A DNA stretch of 62,849 nt, from the IMG/VR virus record IMGVR_UViG_3300020451_001669, positions 1 to 62,849 of that record; one strand, written 5' to 3'. This stretch comes from a virus. Lineage: Duplodnaviria > Caudoviricetes. The notes beneath the pieces are model-generated. The model saw nothing but the letters and a program-made list of their open reading frames with translations, did no database searches and was not told where the DNA came from. Of the stretch, positions 18,934-28,911 are shown piece by piece (within the stretch, counting starts at the first letter, position 1; the number at the start of each line of letters is the position of its first letter). A program made the translations under genes and the position numbers.

Positions 18934-20712
18934 ATGGCATCAATCGCCGCCGAAAATGTTGTTGTCGTATATCGACAGGCAGATAGCGAGTCGGAAGACG
19001 CGGCCCTTCGCTATCAGACTTTGCATGGACTGTCTAGCGATCAGCTTATAGAAATACCATGCTCTTCGATTGAAATACTTGACTCATATGCAGACTTCAA
19101 GTCTGAGGTCGAAGATTACATTGTTGATGCTTTGACGGGATCTGCTTCTCCTCTCGTCAACAGAACTGTTTATGCTATAGTTTTAATGCCGAGAGTTCCA
19201 GGCGGCTTCAGAGATGGAAGCGACATAATCTCGTCAACTTCTAGGGTTTCGAGAATCTTTTACGAGTTTGATTCTGATGAGAAATACATTCAGAACCCTC
19301 TTTATGACCGTCGAACTTTTAAGAGATTCGATGAAATAGATGCAGATTTTGCTTTCATCTGCACTCGCATCGATTCCCCCTTGGCTGCCATAACAAACCA
19401 GTGGTTTGAAAACATTCAGCTAGCAAATGATCAACTCTTGATCAACGGTAGATTCTATTTTGATGCTTACTCGGCATACCAAGGTTCTCAAGCTCAGCAA
19501 TACGAAGCCGACTTGCTTTCTTTTCGAGGCGGTCTTCTTGACAGGCTTGGCCTGACAATTTTTGATACTACAAGAGTTGACCCGTATAGAGATGCTCTAA
19601 TCTCTGTTGTAGAGAACGACTCATTCTATTGGGGCTGGGGCGCGGACAGGGGCTCTCTTACGTTCTTCAGAGACTCAGCTAATATCCGAGGCTTCTTTTA
19701 CAATGCCGATTTTGATGGCGCTGAAACCATTAGGGATATTGACGCAAGAACATGGCCCCTTCTTGCTATACGTCAAGGATATATAGCTACCGCAGGCTCA
19801 ATGTCTGATCCAGGAGCAGAGAACTTTCTGCGTCCGGATCCTTTCTATCAGGCACTATTCAGAGGGGCGACAATGGGAGAGGCCATGCTCTATTCTCAGC
19901 CTCGACTGAATACGCCGATAGCATGTTTCGGAGACCCCCTTTCAAGATTTACCTTCCCTCTGGTATTTGATGATACAGAGCTAATCGATCAGGATCAGGC
20001 TTGGGCAGATATCAACGAATGCTTTGCCCGCTCGTGCATCAATATATTCCGGAAGAACAAGATTCTCAAAGAGATCAGAGATCTTGTTGTGGCTGGCGAT
20101 GATGTAGATGTTAGTTTGGATTTGATCAAACCTATTAATCGCCTAGGTAAGCTATTTGAGACTCCGGACTGGAAGAACGACTACGCCAATCTAGCCATTG
20201 CTATGTTCAACTTAGTTGTCATCAGAAATCAGACTGCATACGATGAGTTCTATCCAGGCATCAATGATTATCTAACGAGAACCGAAACAATCATACCAGA
20301 AATAACCCTTGACGCTTTGCTCAATGATAATACAAAGACAACCGTCGAAGAGCGATGGCTGTATGAGGAGGGGACTTGGGAGTTCACTTTTGAACTACAG
20401 CACGATCCAGGCACATTCGCTTTCTATCATTTTGAAATGGACGTTGCGACCGATGCTGATTTTGACAACATCATCATCTCAAGAGATAGCTTTGTAAGCG
20501 TTAGAAACTGGTTCTTTGAACAAGAGCAGAATCGCTTTGTTCCGATGGGCGTCAATGGAGTGACCTCTAACTACGCCGGTCTTAGAGTTCGTTACGAGAG
20601 TCAAGAAGGCGAGACTCTTGAAAGAGGCCGATACTACTACTTCAGGGTCCGGCAGAAGGATCAGTTGACTATTTTTGGGTATAGGAACTTCCGAGAGGTT
20701 GTTTATCGATGA
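18934..20712 (+). CDS. TIGR03790-like protein with a beta-rich C-terminal domain
   Basis: VVVVY....SES...A..Y...HGL; YWGWG; G..ATAG.MSDP....F.RP..F...LF.G.TMGEA...GDPL. Confidence 0.6.
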   Translation: MASIAAENVVVVYRQADSESEDAALRYQTLHGLSSDQLIEIPCSSIEILDSYADFKSEVEDYIVDALTGSASPLVNRTVYAIVLMPRVPGGFRDGSDIISSTSRVSRIFYEFDSDEKYIQNPLYDRRTFKRFDEIDADFAFICTRIDSPLAAITNQWFENIQLANDQLLINGRFYFDAYSAYQGSQAQQYEADLLSFRGGLLDRLGLTIFDTTRVDPYRDALISVVENDSFYWGWGADRGSLTFFRDSANIRGFFYNADFDGAETIRDIDARTWPLLAIRQGYIATAGSMSDPGAENFLRPDPFYQALFRGATMGEAMLYSQPRLNTPIACFGDPLSRFTFPLVFDDTELIDQDQAWADINECFARSCINIFRKNKILKEIRDLVVAGDDVDVSLDLIKPINRLGKLFETPDWKNDYANLAIAMFNLVVIRNQTAYDEFYPGINDYLTRTETIIPEITLDALLNDNTKTTVEERWLYEEGTWEFTFELQHDPGTFAFYHFEMDVATDADFDNIIISRDSFVSVRNWFFEQEQNRFVPMGVNGVTSNYAGLRVRYESQEGETLERGRYYYFRVRQKDQLTIFGYRNFREVVYR

Positions 20713-21173
20713 TAGGAACTGTTAGCTACAAAACAGTAGCAGATACGCTTGGAGAAGCTCAGCAGCTAGGACTTGATTCGTTAGAGCCCCTAGTCTGCAT
20801 GATATCCAATCTGCAAACTATGAATATTTCGCGTTCAGAAAGATACCGGAATGTTTTGTTCAACAGCATCGTATCCACCTACTCATTCATAGCAAACAAG
20901 CATGCCAATTTGAACCAGCCCATGATCAACGCGGTTCGAGCTTTGAATCAGCATGTTCTTGATAACTATGGCCCGCAATATGGATATGAAACGATTGATG
21001 AGTTTTTGGTCGATCAATACATAGAGGTCGATCCAACCTTTGCTTCAGTTTCCAGATTTTTGGGGTACGACGTAAACCAAGTAGGAACTAAGGCGGCTCG
21101 TTGGAGAGATATCGATGACGTATGGAGCGAAGTCGATATTCCCTGGAGCAAGCTAGGATGGAGTAATCTGTAA
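20709..21173 (+). CDS. Putative structural protein, paralog of 47797..48270
   Basis: Shared VRALNxH(V/I)L core; Trp-periodic tail. Confidence 0.55.
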   Translation: MIGTVSYKTVADTLGEAQQLGLDSLEPLVCMISNLQTMNISRSERYRNVLFNSIVSTYSFIANKHANLNQPMINAVRALNQHVLDNYGPQYGYETIDEFLVDQYIEVDPTFASVSRFLGYDVNQVGTKAARWRDIDDVWSEVDIPWSKLGWSNL

Positions 21174-21757
21174 TGTCTAATCTAGAGAACGTAACGCCAG
21201 CAGATAGCTATCCTGATCTGTTTCGCCTTGTAAATGGCGGGGCGGGCCTCGATGCAACGCTAAGAAATATTACCGGAGGAGATGGAACTCCGACCGGCAT
21301 CTTTATCTCAAGCACAGTTGTTCAGGCCGATATGAACGATGGAGTCCTCCGCCGCCCTCTTATGAGAGACGCTCGGAAGCTTTATCTCAATCTAGGCGAC
21401 GTATCAACCATCGATGGAGGTTCAGGTACGGTAGACCTTGACCTAGAAGCGGCAGATGTATTTAGGGTTGGAGTCGATCAGAACTTGACGACTCTGAATC
21501 TCGATAATGCGGTTGCTGGCGTTGATGCGACTGACGGTAGAATGAAGGAAATACTGCTTGTTCTTGACCAAAAGGGAACTAGCGGAGGCGGCTATTTTAC
21601 TGTCTCTTGGCCTAGCAGTATCAACTGGGACGCTTCGGCTCTTCCGGTTTTGAGCGAAGTTGACAACTCAACTGATGTCTTTAGGCTTATCTATTTGAAC
21701 GATGGCAGCGATCTATGGTTTGGCGAGATCGTTGGACAGAACATGGGTACGCCGTAA
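21173..21757 (+). CDS. Putative structural/fibre-associated protein
   Basis: TVSWPSSINW....PVLS....TDVF.....DG...W.G motif typical of phage fibre C-terminal domains. Confidence 0.55.
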   Translation: MSNLENVTPADSYPDLFRLVNGGAGLDATLRNITGGDGTPTGIFISSTVVQADMNDGVLRRPLMRDARKLYLNLGDVSTIDGGSGTVDLDLEAADVFRVGVDQNLTTLNLDNAVAGVDATDGRMKEILLVLDQKGTSGGGYFTVSWPSSINWDASALPVLSEVDNSTDVFRLIYLNDGSDLWFGEIVGQNMGTP

Positions 21758-24700
21758 TGCCTCCTAAGAAGAAAAAGAATGGAGAACTCAGCGACATAAT
21801 CAAAGACCTCAAGAATGAGGTCAGGGCCAGCAATATGCTCAAACAGTTTGGAGCGGGTCTGCCTAGTATTATTGAGTTCGTTGAGCAAGAAAGATGGCTT
21901 GGAATGAGTCACTATCCCCAGCCGGTCATTCTCCGACCGATGCAGCGGATACTTCTCAAGTGCTTTTATCGAGGTAGCCCCGGTAATGAAAACTTGCAGT
22001 TAGATCCTGAAGAGATCGAGCTAATCAAGAAGCATGGTCTTACTGAAGAAGAAAACGGCGACGTACTAAACAAGTGGAACAATGAGACTACTTTTAGAGA
22101 GCTAGTCCTCGTATGGGGTCGCCGTTGCCTTTCCGAAGACGCAACCATCGTTGATCCGGATACTGGTATGCGATGGAGAATCGGCGATCTTTGGGACTAC
22201 GGTAAGACAAATATGTCTTCTTGGACTTACAACGAACAGTCTAAGAAGATGATGAAAATAAAAGACTGCAATCTCATTAGCCAAGGCGTCAGAGATGTGT
22301 ATGAGGTAGAGCTTGCGAGCGGTCATAGAACCGAAGCTACAGACAATCATCCCTTTTTGACTAAGGATGGATGGAAGCAGGTAAAGGAGATCAGAGCCGG
22401 AGAGAAGATAGCTCTGTCTCCAAGCATGCCTTTCTTTGGGCAGTCCAGTCAGTTGGGAACAAGCCAGGCTGCTTTGCTGGGCTACCTAAGTAGCTCGAAG
22501 ATGTCTAAGATCAACAATATGCTTGTTGTTAGCAGGGTTGCCTCTGATATCGAGGCAGACTTCAAGGACCAGATTGCCAATTCCTTTGAGAATGCGGATG
22601 TCAAGTCTCCGTCCGGAAAAACACAATCGATGGCTTTCTTTGACCATGCAAGCTCGGTCAAGGACTGCAAGGATATCCGAACTCTAAAGGACTGCAAAAG
22701 CATTCATCAGCTAGCTCACATGTCAGGGCTTCTAAACAAGTCAGCAGATGAGAAGCATGTTCCCGTCAGGCTTATGAGGTCTAGCAAGCAATGCGTTTCT
22801 GCATATCTGAGCAGGCTTTTCAGCGTGGAAAGCGAACTGACATACAGCAAAAAGTCCGGAAGAGTCTACGCTAAGATCGAATGCAACTTCGAGAGCCAGT
22901 CTCTTGCCGAATCTGTTCACCACTTGCTTCATAGATTCGGAATCTTTTCTACCGCGAAGTATAATCGCAAGATCGAGGGCAAGACTCGACATACTATTAC
23001 GATTAGCAAGCTAGCTGACATCAAGTTATTCTTGAGAGATATCGGATACGTTGACCGCGGCGAAGAAGTTTCTGAGCTTCTATCTTTGTTGTCTCATGTA
23101 GACATCGATGAAAAAATCGAGTATGTATCTCTGCAGTCAAAGCGAAAGATTGGCAAGAAGAGGACTTTCGATCTCCAGGTTTCCCATGAAGAGCATAAGC
23201 AAAACTTCGTAGCTGACGGCTTTATAGCTCACAACAGCGGTAAGGACTTCATCGTATCGATCATGGCTCTTTACGAGGCGATGCGTCTATTGGAGACTCC
23301 GGGCGGTAATCCGTATACGACTTACAATCTTAGCTCTGCTGCTCCGATGACCATTCTCACTATCGCTAACGCCGCTCCTCAGGCAAAGATTCTCTTCCGA
23401 GAGGTAAGAGACAAGGTGAACAGGTCTCCCTACTTCCAAGACAAAGTAGGGCACATGACCGATGATATGATTTATCTTCTTACTCCTCATGACAAGGACA
23501 GTAATAAGAAGCTGAAAGAAAGAGGGCTCGACGGAACAAGAGGTTCTGTTCAGATCAAGGCCGGTCACTCTAACTCGAACTCTCTCGTTGGTCTTTCTTG
23601 TTTCGCGGTTATGTTTGACGAGATTGGTACTTACAAGATTACCGCAGGTTCGTCTTCAGGCGATCAGCTATATCATAACCTTGTTCCGGCTACTATGACA
23701 TATGTTCGCAAGGAACCTGTGCTAAAACCTGACGGAACTCCGGAGCTAGACGAAAACGGAAACGAAAAGTTTAATAGGGTACTTGACGGCAAGGTCATAT
23801 GTATTTCGACCCCTCGTGGCAAGGACGGTATTTTTTACGATCTCTATTCAAACGCAAACGAAGTTCCTCATAGATTCATGATGCGAGCCCCTACTTGGGC
23901 TGTTCATCCTGATCTAAGCGAGGCTGACCTGCTCAAGGGTAACCCTGACATGGGCGATTCAAAATTTGCAATGGAGTTCGGAGCAGAGTTCCTTGGCACA
24001 GCAGGCGAATCTTTCTTTAGTTCAGATGATGTTGACGCATGTTTCCGTTCCAAGAACATCAAGAAGGTTATGCATGGTCTGCCAGGCGTTACATATTTTG
24101 CTCACCTAGACCCTGCTACGTCAAGTCACAACTATGCTCTATGTATTTGCCATCAAGAGATGTTTGTTGACAGTAAAACTGGTAAGAGAGATTTCCGCAT
24201 CATAGTAGACCACTTGCATCATTGGACTCCAACTGGAGATAATCCGATTATGGTCGAAGAGGTCGATAAGTACATGATCGAGATGCACAAGAGATTCCAT
24301 TTTGGCCTTGTTACCTATGATCAGTGGAATAGCAAGAACAGTATCAACAATCTAAGAAAGCACGGTGTTCCTGCCAAGGAGACGGCCTTCTCCAAGCAAT
24401 ACAAGCAGCAGATATACGACAACCTTTACCAGTTGGCTATCAACAAGAAGATTTTGATACCAGAATACAAGCTGTTATACCATGAAATGAAGAATCTGCA
24501 AAGGAAATGGACGGAAAGCGGCTATAAGGTAATGGCTAAGAAGGATGCCGATATCGATACAGACGACATGTGCGATGCGTTGGCAGGAGCCTGTTATAAC
24601 GCTATCGAAAGAGGAGTTAGCAGACTTCCACAAGGAAAAATGGTCAATATGCCAGTATCACCAAACGGAAACTCTCAGGTCTGGAGATCGATGCAGGGCA

Positions 24701-24774
24701 CTCCGTATGGCTACGGCTCAGGTCAACAAGTGGCAAACAATATGAGAAATCGCTCGGGCTTCAGATCAGTCTAG
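21757..24774 (+). CDS. terL: Terminase large subunit containing an intein
   Basis: Walker A GRR|SGKD split by the intein, Walker B VMFDEIG, ICISTP.GK.G, nuclease HLDPA and DDMCDALAG. Confidence 0.92.
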   Translation: MPPKKKKNGELSDIIKDLKNEVRASNMLKQFGAGLPSIIEFVEQERWLGMSHYPQPVILRPMQRILLKCFYRGSPGNENLQLDPEEIELIKKHGLTEEENGDVLNKWNNETTFRELVLVWGRRCLSEDATIVDPDTGMRWRIGDLWDYGKTNMSSWTYNEQSKKMMKIKDCNLISQGVRDVYEVELASGHRTEATDNHPFLTKDGWKQVKEIRAGEKIALSPSMPFFGQSSQLGTSQAALLGYLSSSKMSKINNMLVVSRVASDIEADFKDQIANSFENADVKSPSGKTQSMAFFDHASSVKDCKDIRTLKDCKSIHQLAHMSGLLNKSADEKHVPVRLMRSSKQCVSAYLSRLFSVESELTYSKKSGRVYAKIECNFESQSLAESVHHLLHRFGIFSTAKYNRKIEGKTRHTITISKLADIKLFLRDIGYVDRGEEVSELLSLLSHVDIDEKIEYVSLQSKRKIGKKRTFDLQVSHEEHKQNFVADGFIAHNSGKDFIVSIMALYEAMRLLETPGGNPYTTYNLSSAAPMTILTIANAAPQAKILFREVRDKVNRSPYFQDKVGHMTDDMIYLLTPHDKDSNKKLKERGLDGTRGSVQIKAGHSNSNSLVGLSCFAVMFDEIGTYKITAGSSSGDQLYHNLVPATMTYVRKEPVLKPDGTPELDENGNEKFNRVLDGKVICISTPRGKDGIFYDLYSNANEVPHRFMMRAPTWAVHPDLSEADLLKGNPDMGDSKFAMEFGAEFLGTAGESFFSSDDVDACFRSKNIKKVMHGLPGVTYFAHLDPATSSHNYALCICHQEMFVDSKTGKRDFRIIVDHLHHWTPTGDNPIMVEEVDKYMIEMHKRFHFGLVTYDQWNSKNSINNLRKHGVPAKETAFSKQYKQQIYDNLYQLAINKKILIPEYKLLYHEMKNLQRKWTESGYKVMAKKDADIDTDDMCDALAGACYNAIERGVSRLPQGKMVNMPVSPNGNSQVWRSMQGTPYGYGSGQQVANNMRNRSGFRSV
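22126..23235 (+). mobile_element. 370-aa intein with degenerate LAGLIDADG endonuclease
   Basis: Starts CLSEDATI, block B ATDNHPFLT, ends TFDLQV...NFVADGFIAHN before Ser. Confidence 0.93.
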
Positions 24775-24793
24775 CGTCCAATAAGGAGCAGAA

Positions 24794-25519
24794 ATGGCAA
24801 AGTTCAATCTCAAAAAGCATGCAGAAAAGGCTGATATGTCCCATTCGTATCCGAAGCGGCTATCCGGTCAAAATGATGACCGCGGTTATTCTGCTGATTC
24901 CGGTAAGAAGGTAGAAAGTATTCAGGGCATGCTTGGTTCCAGCCGCAAGGAGGGAATTGACGACCCTAAGACCACGGTAGAAAATCTCATGGACCAAGAC
25001 CGTAAGGGTTCGGAAGGCTCTACGGTTGAGAGCCAGATTGGTTCGAGAGATTCATACTGGCCGCACCGACAGCATAAAGAGGAATCAAGAGGACCGATCA
25101 AGCCAAATGATATGCTTTCAGAATCCTATGACCAGCGTTACTATGAACGATTTGCAAGTCAAGAAGAGGCCGCAGACACGGCATTTTGGGACAAGCAGAT
25201 CGGAGTTCAGCTATCTGGCGAGAAGACAACTATCGTAGGACAGGTTCCTGGCAATGGTAGTCAGTTGCAAAATCATCCCGATCGATTCAAGAAGGTCAAG
25301 GACGAAGGCGGGCATGTCGATCCAATGGATAGCGATAGCGTTCTGAAGAAGAACAAGGAAATGACTTATGCTTCTGCTCTTAGTGAGCTAGATGGCAAGC
25401 TTTTCCAGATCTACTATAAGGCTGCTAAGGCAGATCGAGAACTAACTTCCGAGGAAAAGAACTCTGTCAAGGCCATCTCTGAAGCTAAGGCAGATATTTT
25501 GACCTCTGCTTCAGAGTGA
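24794..25519 (+). CDS. Head-module hypothetical protein (MAKFNLKKHA)
   Basis: AAGGAG RBS; FNL motif shared with neighbours. Confidence 0.7.
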   Translation: MAKFNLKKHAEKADMSHSYPKRLSGQNDDRGYSADSGKKVESIQGMLGSSRKEGIDDPKTTVENLMDQDRKGSEGSTVESQIGSRDSYWPHRQHKEESRGPIKPNDMLSESYDQRYYERFASQEEAADTAFWDKQIGVQLSGEKTTIVGQVPGNGSQLQNHPDRFKKVKDEGGHVDPMDSDSVLKKNKEMTYASALSELDGKLFQIYYKAAKADRELTSEEKNSVKAISEAKADILTSASE

Positions 25520-25525
25520 GAAACA

Positions 25526-26098
25526 ATGGCAAAGTTCAACCTGCGACGATACAAAGAGGCAAGAAGGGGGTCTGAGCCTCCTGAGGCATTCCTGCCGCAG
25601 GTATGGAGAGGCGATCCCTATGACCGAACTCGGCATCCGGGCGACGGTAAGGGATACAATCTTGTTACTCCAGGAAATCAAGGGTTGGGGACTCAACCTC
25701 CGGATATATCCGCTCCGGAGTTTGGTCGTAAATGGACCGCAGAGGGACCGGATATCCCAACCGCTCAAGACCAAAACCTCAATGAAGACAAAGCTATTAG
25801 GCGTAATGATACGCCGTCTGATTGGGATCCAGATGATCCCTTCGCTGCAGAAAATGATGGAGATAACCGATCTACAGAGTATGGGCAGGGCTTGTCTACC
25901 GATTATGGACAAGGCCTCCATGACGATTCAGAGCCAGCAGCGGATACCGCTTTGGGCCTGCATTCGACTGTGGAAAGGATGATGAACGACGACGGCAGGG
26001 ACAGACCGACGCCATTTGGGAATATGCAAAAGACTCCTCATCCGTTCAATGCGTCAAGTCGTCGTAGCGTTTTTGATCGAATTAGGAAGCATCAATAA
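25526..26098 (+). CDS. Head-module hypothetical protein (MAKFNLRRYKEA)
   Basis: Same N-terminal MAKFNL as the upstream gene. Confidence 0.7.
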   Translation: MAKFNLRRYKEARRGSEPPEAFLPQVWRGDPYDRTRHPGDGKGYNLVTPGNQGLGTQPPDISAPEFGRKWTAEGPDIPTAQDQNLNEDKAIRRNDTPSDWDPDDPFAAENDGDNRSTEYGQGLSTDYGQGLHDDSEPAADTALGLHSTVERMMNDDGRDRPTPFGNMQKTPHPFNASSRRSVFDRIRKHQ

Positions 26099-26110
26099 GA
26101 AGAGGTTATT

Positions 26111-26941
26111 ATGAAGGTACAAGTTACAAAGAAGGCAAAGGGAGAGCTTTTCATCAGAGCGATAGGAAAGGCCATGAGGGTTGGAGCCGAAATCACTCTG
26201 AATGATGATCAGTTTTATGATTCGGCTACTCAAGCTGCTATTCAGGCAGGCTTTCTAGACGTTGTAGATGGCCCAACCGAGAAAGCGGTAAAGGGCGAAG
26301 AATACATCAACGTCTACAAGAACAGCCTTTCGTTCAAGTGCATTCGTCGGGCCATTCCATCAGGTTCTACCTTCTTTGTCCGAGAAGATCTTGTCGGCGA
26401 TCACGAGATAGTCGCAGCTTTCAATGCAGGATACATTGAGCTTGCTGATCCGGAACCAAAAGATTCTAAAGAGGCCGGTTCAGCCGAGACCCCCAAGAAA
26501 GAGAAGTCCTCAAAAAAGGCCACTCGCAAGCGATCGGGTAAGAAGTCCTCTAAGAAGTCAACGAAGCGCATTAAGAGGGTTGGCTCTGATAAGGAAGCAG
26601 ATGCCGATGCTGCAGAGGTTAAAGTATCGGTAGGAAAGCCGCCTGAAGAAAGCCCAGTAGAAGGAGATGAGCCAACAGATACTCATGCCCTTCCTAAGAA
26701 ATCTCAGGTTGAGGCTCCGGAAGGAATGTATGCTCACGATCCAACCGGCGAAGGCGTTAGCGTCCGCAAAGCGTCTGCTCCCAATGACATTTTTGGAGAT
26801 GATTCTAACGACGTTGGATTTGTCGAATCGACGCCCGACGCCGATGATATTAGCTTCGTTGATGAAGAGCAAACAAGGGAAAGAGCAAAGAAAAGCGGTA
26901 TTGCAGATGATATCTTCGATGACAATGTAGAAGTCGAGTAA
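26111..26941 (+). CDS. Hypothetical protein: two ~50-aa repeats, Lys-rich linker, acidic tail
   Basis: GAGG RBS; AIQAGFLDVVD / AFNAGYIELAD repeats. Confidence 0.7.
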   Translation: MKVQVTKKAKGELFIRAIGKAMRVGAEITLNDDQFYDSATQAAIQAGFLDVVDGPTEKAVKGEEYINVYKNSLSFKCIRRAIPSGSTFFVREDLVGDHEIVAAFNAGYIELADPEPKDSKEAGSAETPKKEKSSKKATRKRSGKKSSKKSTKRIKRVGSDKEADADAAEVKVSVGKPPEESPVEGDEPTDTHALPKKSQVEAPEGMYAHDPTGEGVSVRKASAPNDIFGDDSNDVGFVESTPDADDISFVDEEQTRERAKKSGIADDIFDDNVEVE

Positions 26942-26948
26942 ACCATCT

Positions 26949-27116
26949 ATGAAAAGCATTCTATCTAAATCTGTTGAAGCCAGACTAAGCGACAGCGATA
27001 AGTCTATACTCAAAAACTACTGGTCTTTGCTAGAGGGCGATGATTTCGCAGATGCTCTAGTGTTCAACCCTAACGAGAAACCTAAGAAGAAAGAGAAGAA
27101 GGATAAGTCGGATTGA
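26949..27116 (+). CDS. 55-aa protein missing from the ORF track (MKSILSKSVEARLSDSDKSILKNYWSLLEGDDFADALVFNPNEKPKKKEKKDKSD)
   Basis: Fills the intergenic gap; motif matches the C-terminus of 31491..32279. Confidence 0.7.
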   Translation: MKSILSKSVEARLSDSDKSILKNYWSLLEGDDFADALVFNPNEKPKKKEKKDKSD

Positions 27117-27844
27117 TCGAGCTTCTGACAAAAGAGCTTTCGCTTCATGGTATCTCTTTCGATAAGGGACAGCTATTCTTTCGCGGGCAGAAAAGCTCGT
27201 ATCAAGATGTTGCGAACAAGCTTGATGTTAGAATCGAGAAGAATACGAAACTTCTTAGAAGGCTTTCCACCGAAATCATTACCGAACTTCAGAATCCAAC
27301 AGCAGGCTCGGCAGACAAGAAAACAAGACGCATGTTTGCTCACGCAATCAAGAGCGTCTATGAGATATTCCTAGAATGCAAGTGCCCGCTGAATGCTATC
27401 AAGGCAGCTAAGAACATCGTCAATGCCGATAGCGGCCTATTTTCATCTCGTTTTATGGCGAAGGTCATTGATTTCAACCTCGGTATCCAATGGTTGATAC
27501 ATCTGATACGCCGAGATATGTATACGATTCATTTGCTGTTCAAGTTTTCCGAGAAGATCCGCTCCGGAAGACAGGCATTGGCCCGAGGGTTCGCTGGTCC
27601 TTGGGGCAGGCTTGATCTCCCTATGGAAGAGCGGGTTTTTCAGTGGGATGACATCGCAGAGGAGACCGCAGGCCGAGAAGCCGACAAGATGCGGCAGAGA
27701 AGATACCGCATGGGGCTAGAAAACACGAAGGACAACTGGCCCAATGAGGGTTTCTATTGGAGAGAGATTCGCAACGAACCTTTTGCATGGGGCGACGAAG
27801 ACTCTAATCCATACCCGCATCGAAATCTACTATGGAGATCATGA
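27113..27844 (+). CDS. Head-module hypothetical protein
   Basis: TTG start overlapping the upstream stop. Confidence 0.65.
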   Translation: MIELLTKELSLHGISFDKGQLFFRGQKSSYQDVANKLDVRIEKNTKLLRRLSTEIITELQNPTAGSADKKTRRMFAHAIKSVYEIFLECKCPLNAIKAAKNIVNADSGLFSSRFMAKVIDFNLGIQWLIHLIRRDMYTIHLLFKFSEKIRSGRQALARGFAGPWGRLDLPMEERVFQWDDIAEETAGREADKMRQRRYRMGLENTKDNWPNEGFYWREIRNEPFAWGDEDSNPYPHRNLLWRS

Positions 27845-28335
27845 TGAACAAAGAAGCTCAAACATCCCTACTGGATTTCTTGCAAGACGCAATACCAGAA
27901 CTACAACACTTTACGCTTCTCGTAAAGCCTGGACCATCTTCTGATCCCAATGTTCAGAGGTTATACGATATCTGGTCTGATGTTCAGAACAAAGTTGCTG
28001 ATCGCAAGTTTCTTAGACCTCCAACAATGAGCGGAACTGAAGTATCGAAGCTTGAGTCATCCGGTCTTGTAGAGGTTCAAGGCAAGTATCTCAAGGTTAC
28101 ATCTAAGGGTGTTGATGCTATAAAGAGCATGATTCTCCATTCTGAGAAATCATCGTTCAATAAGTCTGCTTCTTCTGCTGGAATGACCAAGGTCGCTCAG
28201 CAACAGATGGCAGAGCAGCCAAATAACTGGTATGGCCAGCAGCGAGCTATCGAGCAATCAAGAGCAGAAGAGTCCATATCCGCAGAAACAGAGATAGAGA
28301 AAGATGAGCCATCGTCAGACGACATATCTGATTGA
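27841..28335 (+). CDS. Head-module hypothetical protein (winged-helix-like segment; KEAQ/KVAQ motifs)
   Basis: KLESSGLVEVQG..LKVTSKG. Confidence 0.6.
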   Translation: MMNKEAQTSLLDFLQDAIPELQHFTLLVKPGPSSDPNVQRLYDIWSDVQNKVADRKFLRPPTMSGTEVSKLESSGLVEVQGKYLKVTSKGVDAIKSMILHSEKSSFNKSASSAGMTKVAQQQMAEQPNNWYGQQRAIEQSRAEESISAETEIEKDEPSSDDISD

Positions 28336-28690
28336 TATATCTCCGAAGCAAGTCAGAGTTCAGACCAAAGCTAAGAATAAGCTTCTATGGTACGACTCAG
28401 ATGAGAACAAGATGCTTGAGTTCGAGGGCGGAAAACTGACGCCCGTTTTCGACATGAGGTTCAAGAAACTCGTTCCAAAAGTAGAGGATATCTATTACAC
28501 GAGTTACTCAACCGAATCTAATGAGCAGAAAGTTATCGATTGGATGAGGAACTATGGAGGCAGATTCGGGGCCGAGATCAATAAAGAGGAAAGCAGCAAC
28601 AGAGAAATAGCAGTCGATATCGACTCCAATAGTTCTTCTGTTTTTGAGTATGCACTTGACAGGCAAGGATTCAGGTACGAGAAACAATGA
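28304..28690 (+). CDS. Hypothetical protein
   Basis: Within the operon. Confidence 0.6.
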   Translation: MSHRQTTYLIDISPKQVRVQTKAKNKLLWYDSDENKMLEFEGGKLTPVFDMRFKKLVPKVEDIYYTSYSTESNEQKVIDWMRNYGGRFGAEINKEESSNREIAVDIDSNSSSVFEYALDRQGFRYEKQ

Positions 28691-28911
28691 AGATTATAGA
28701 GTCTCAATCCTATAAAGATCGTATGAGCGGAGGCTTGGCTGATGATAAGAAGCCTTCAGACTTTGACCAGAAGCAACTAGAGGACGGCATCAAAGTTGAA
28801 TACGAGCATACAAATGATAGAGAAGTGGCTAGGGAGATAGCTATGGATCATTTGACGGAAGACAAGGACTACTACAAGAAGCTCAAGAAGATGGAAGGCG
28901 ATGGAAGCTAA
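28687..28911 (+). CDS. DUF5661-like protein
   Basis: GG.AD...P.DFD..QL..GIKVE.EHT.D...A.EIAMDHL.E..DYY.KL..ME. Confidence 0.75.
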   Translation: MKIIESQSYKDRMSGGLADDKKPSDFDQKQLEDGIKVEYEHTNDREVAREIAMDHLTEDKDYYKKLKKMEGDGS

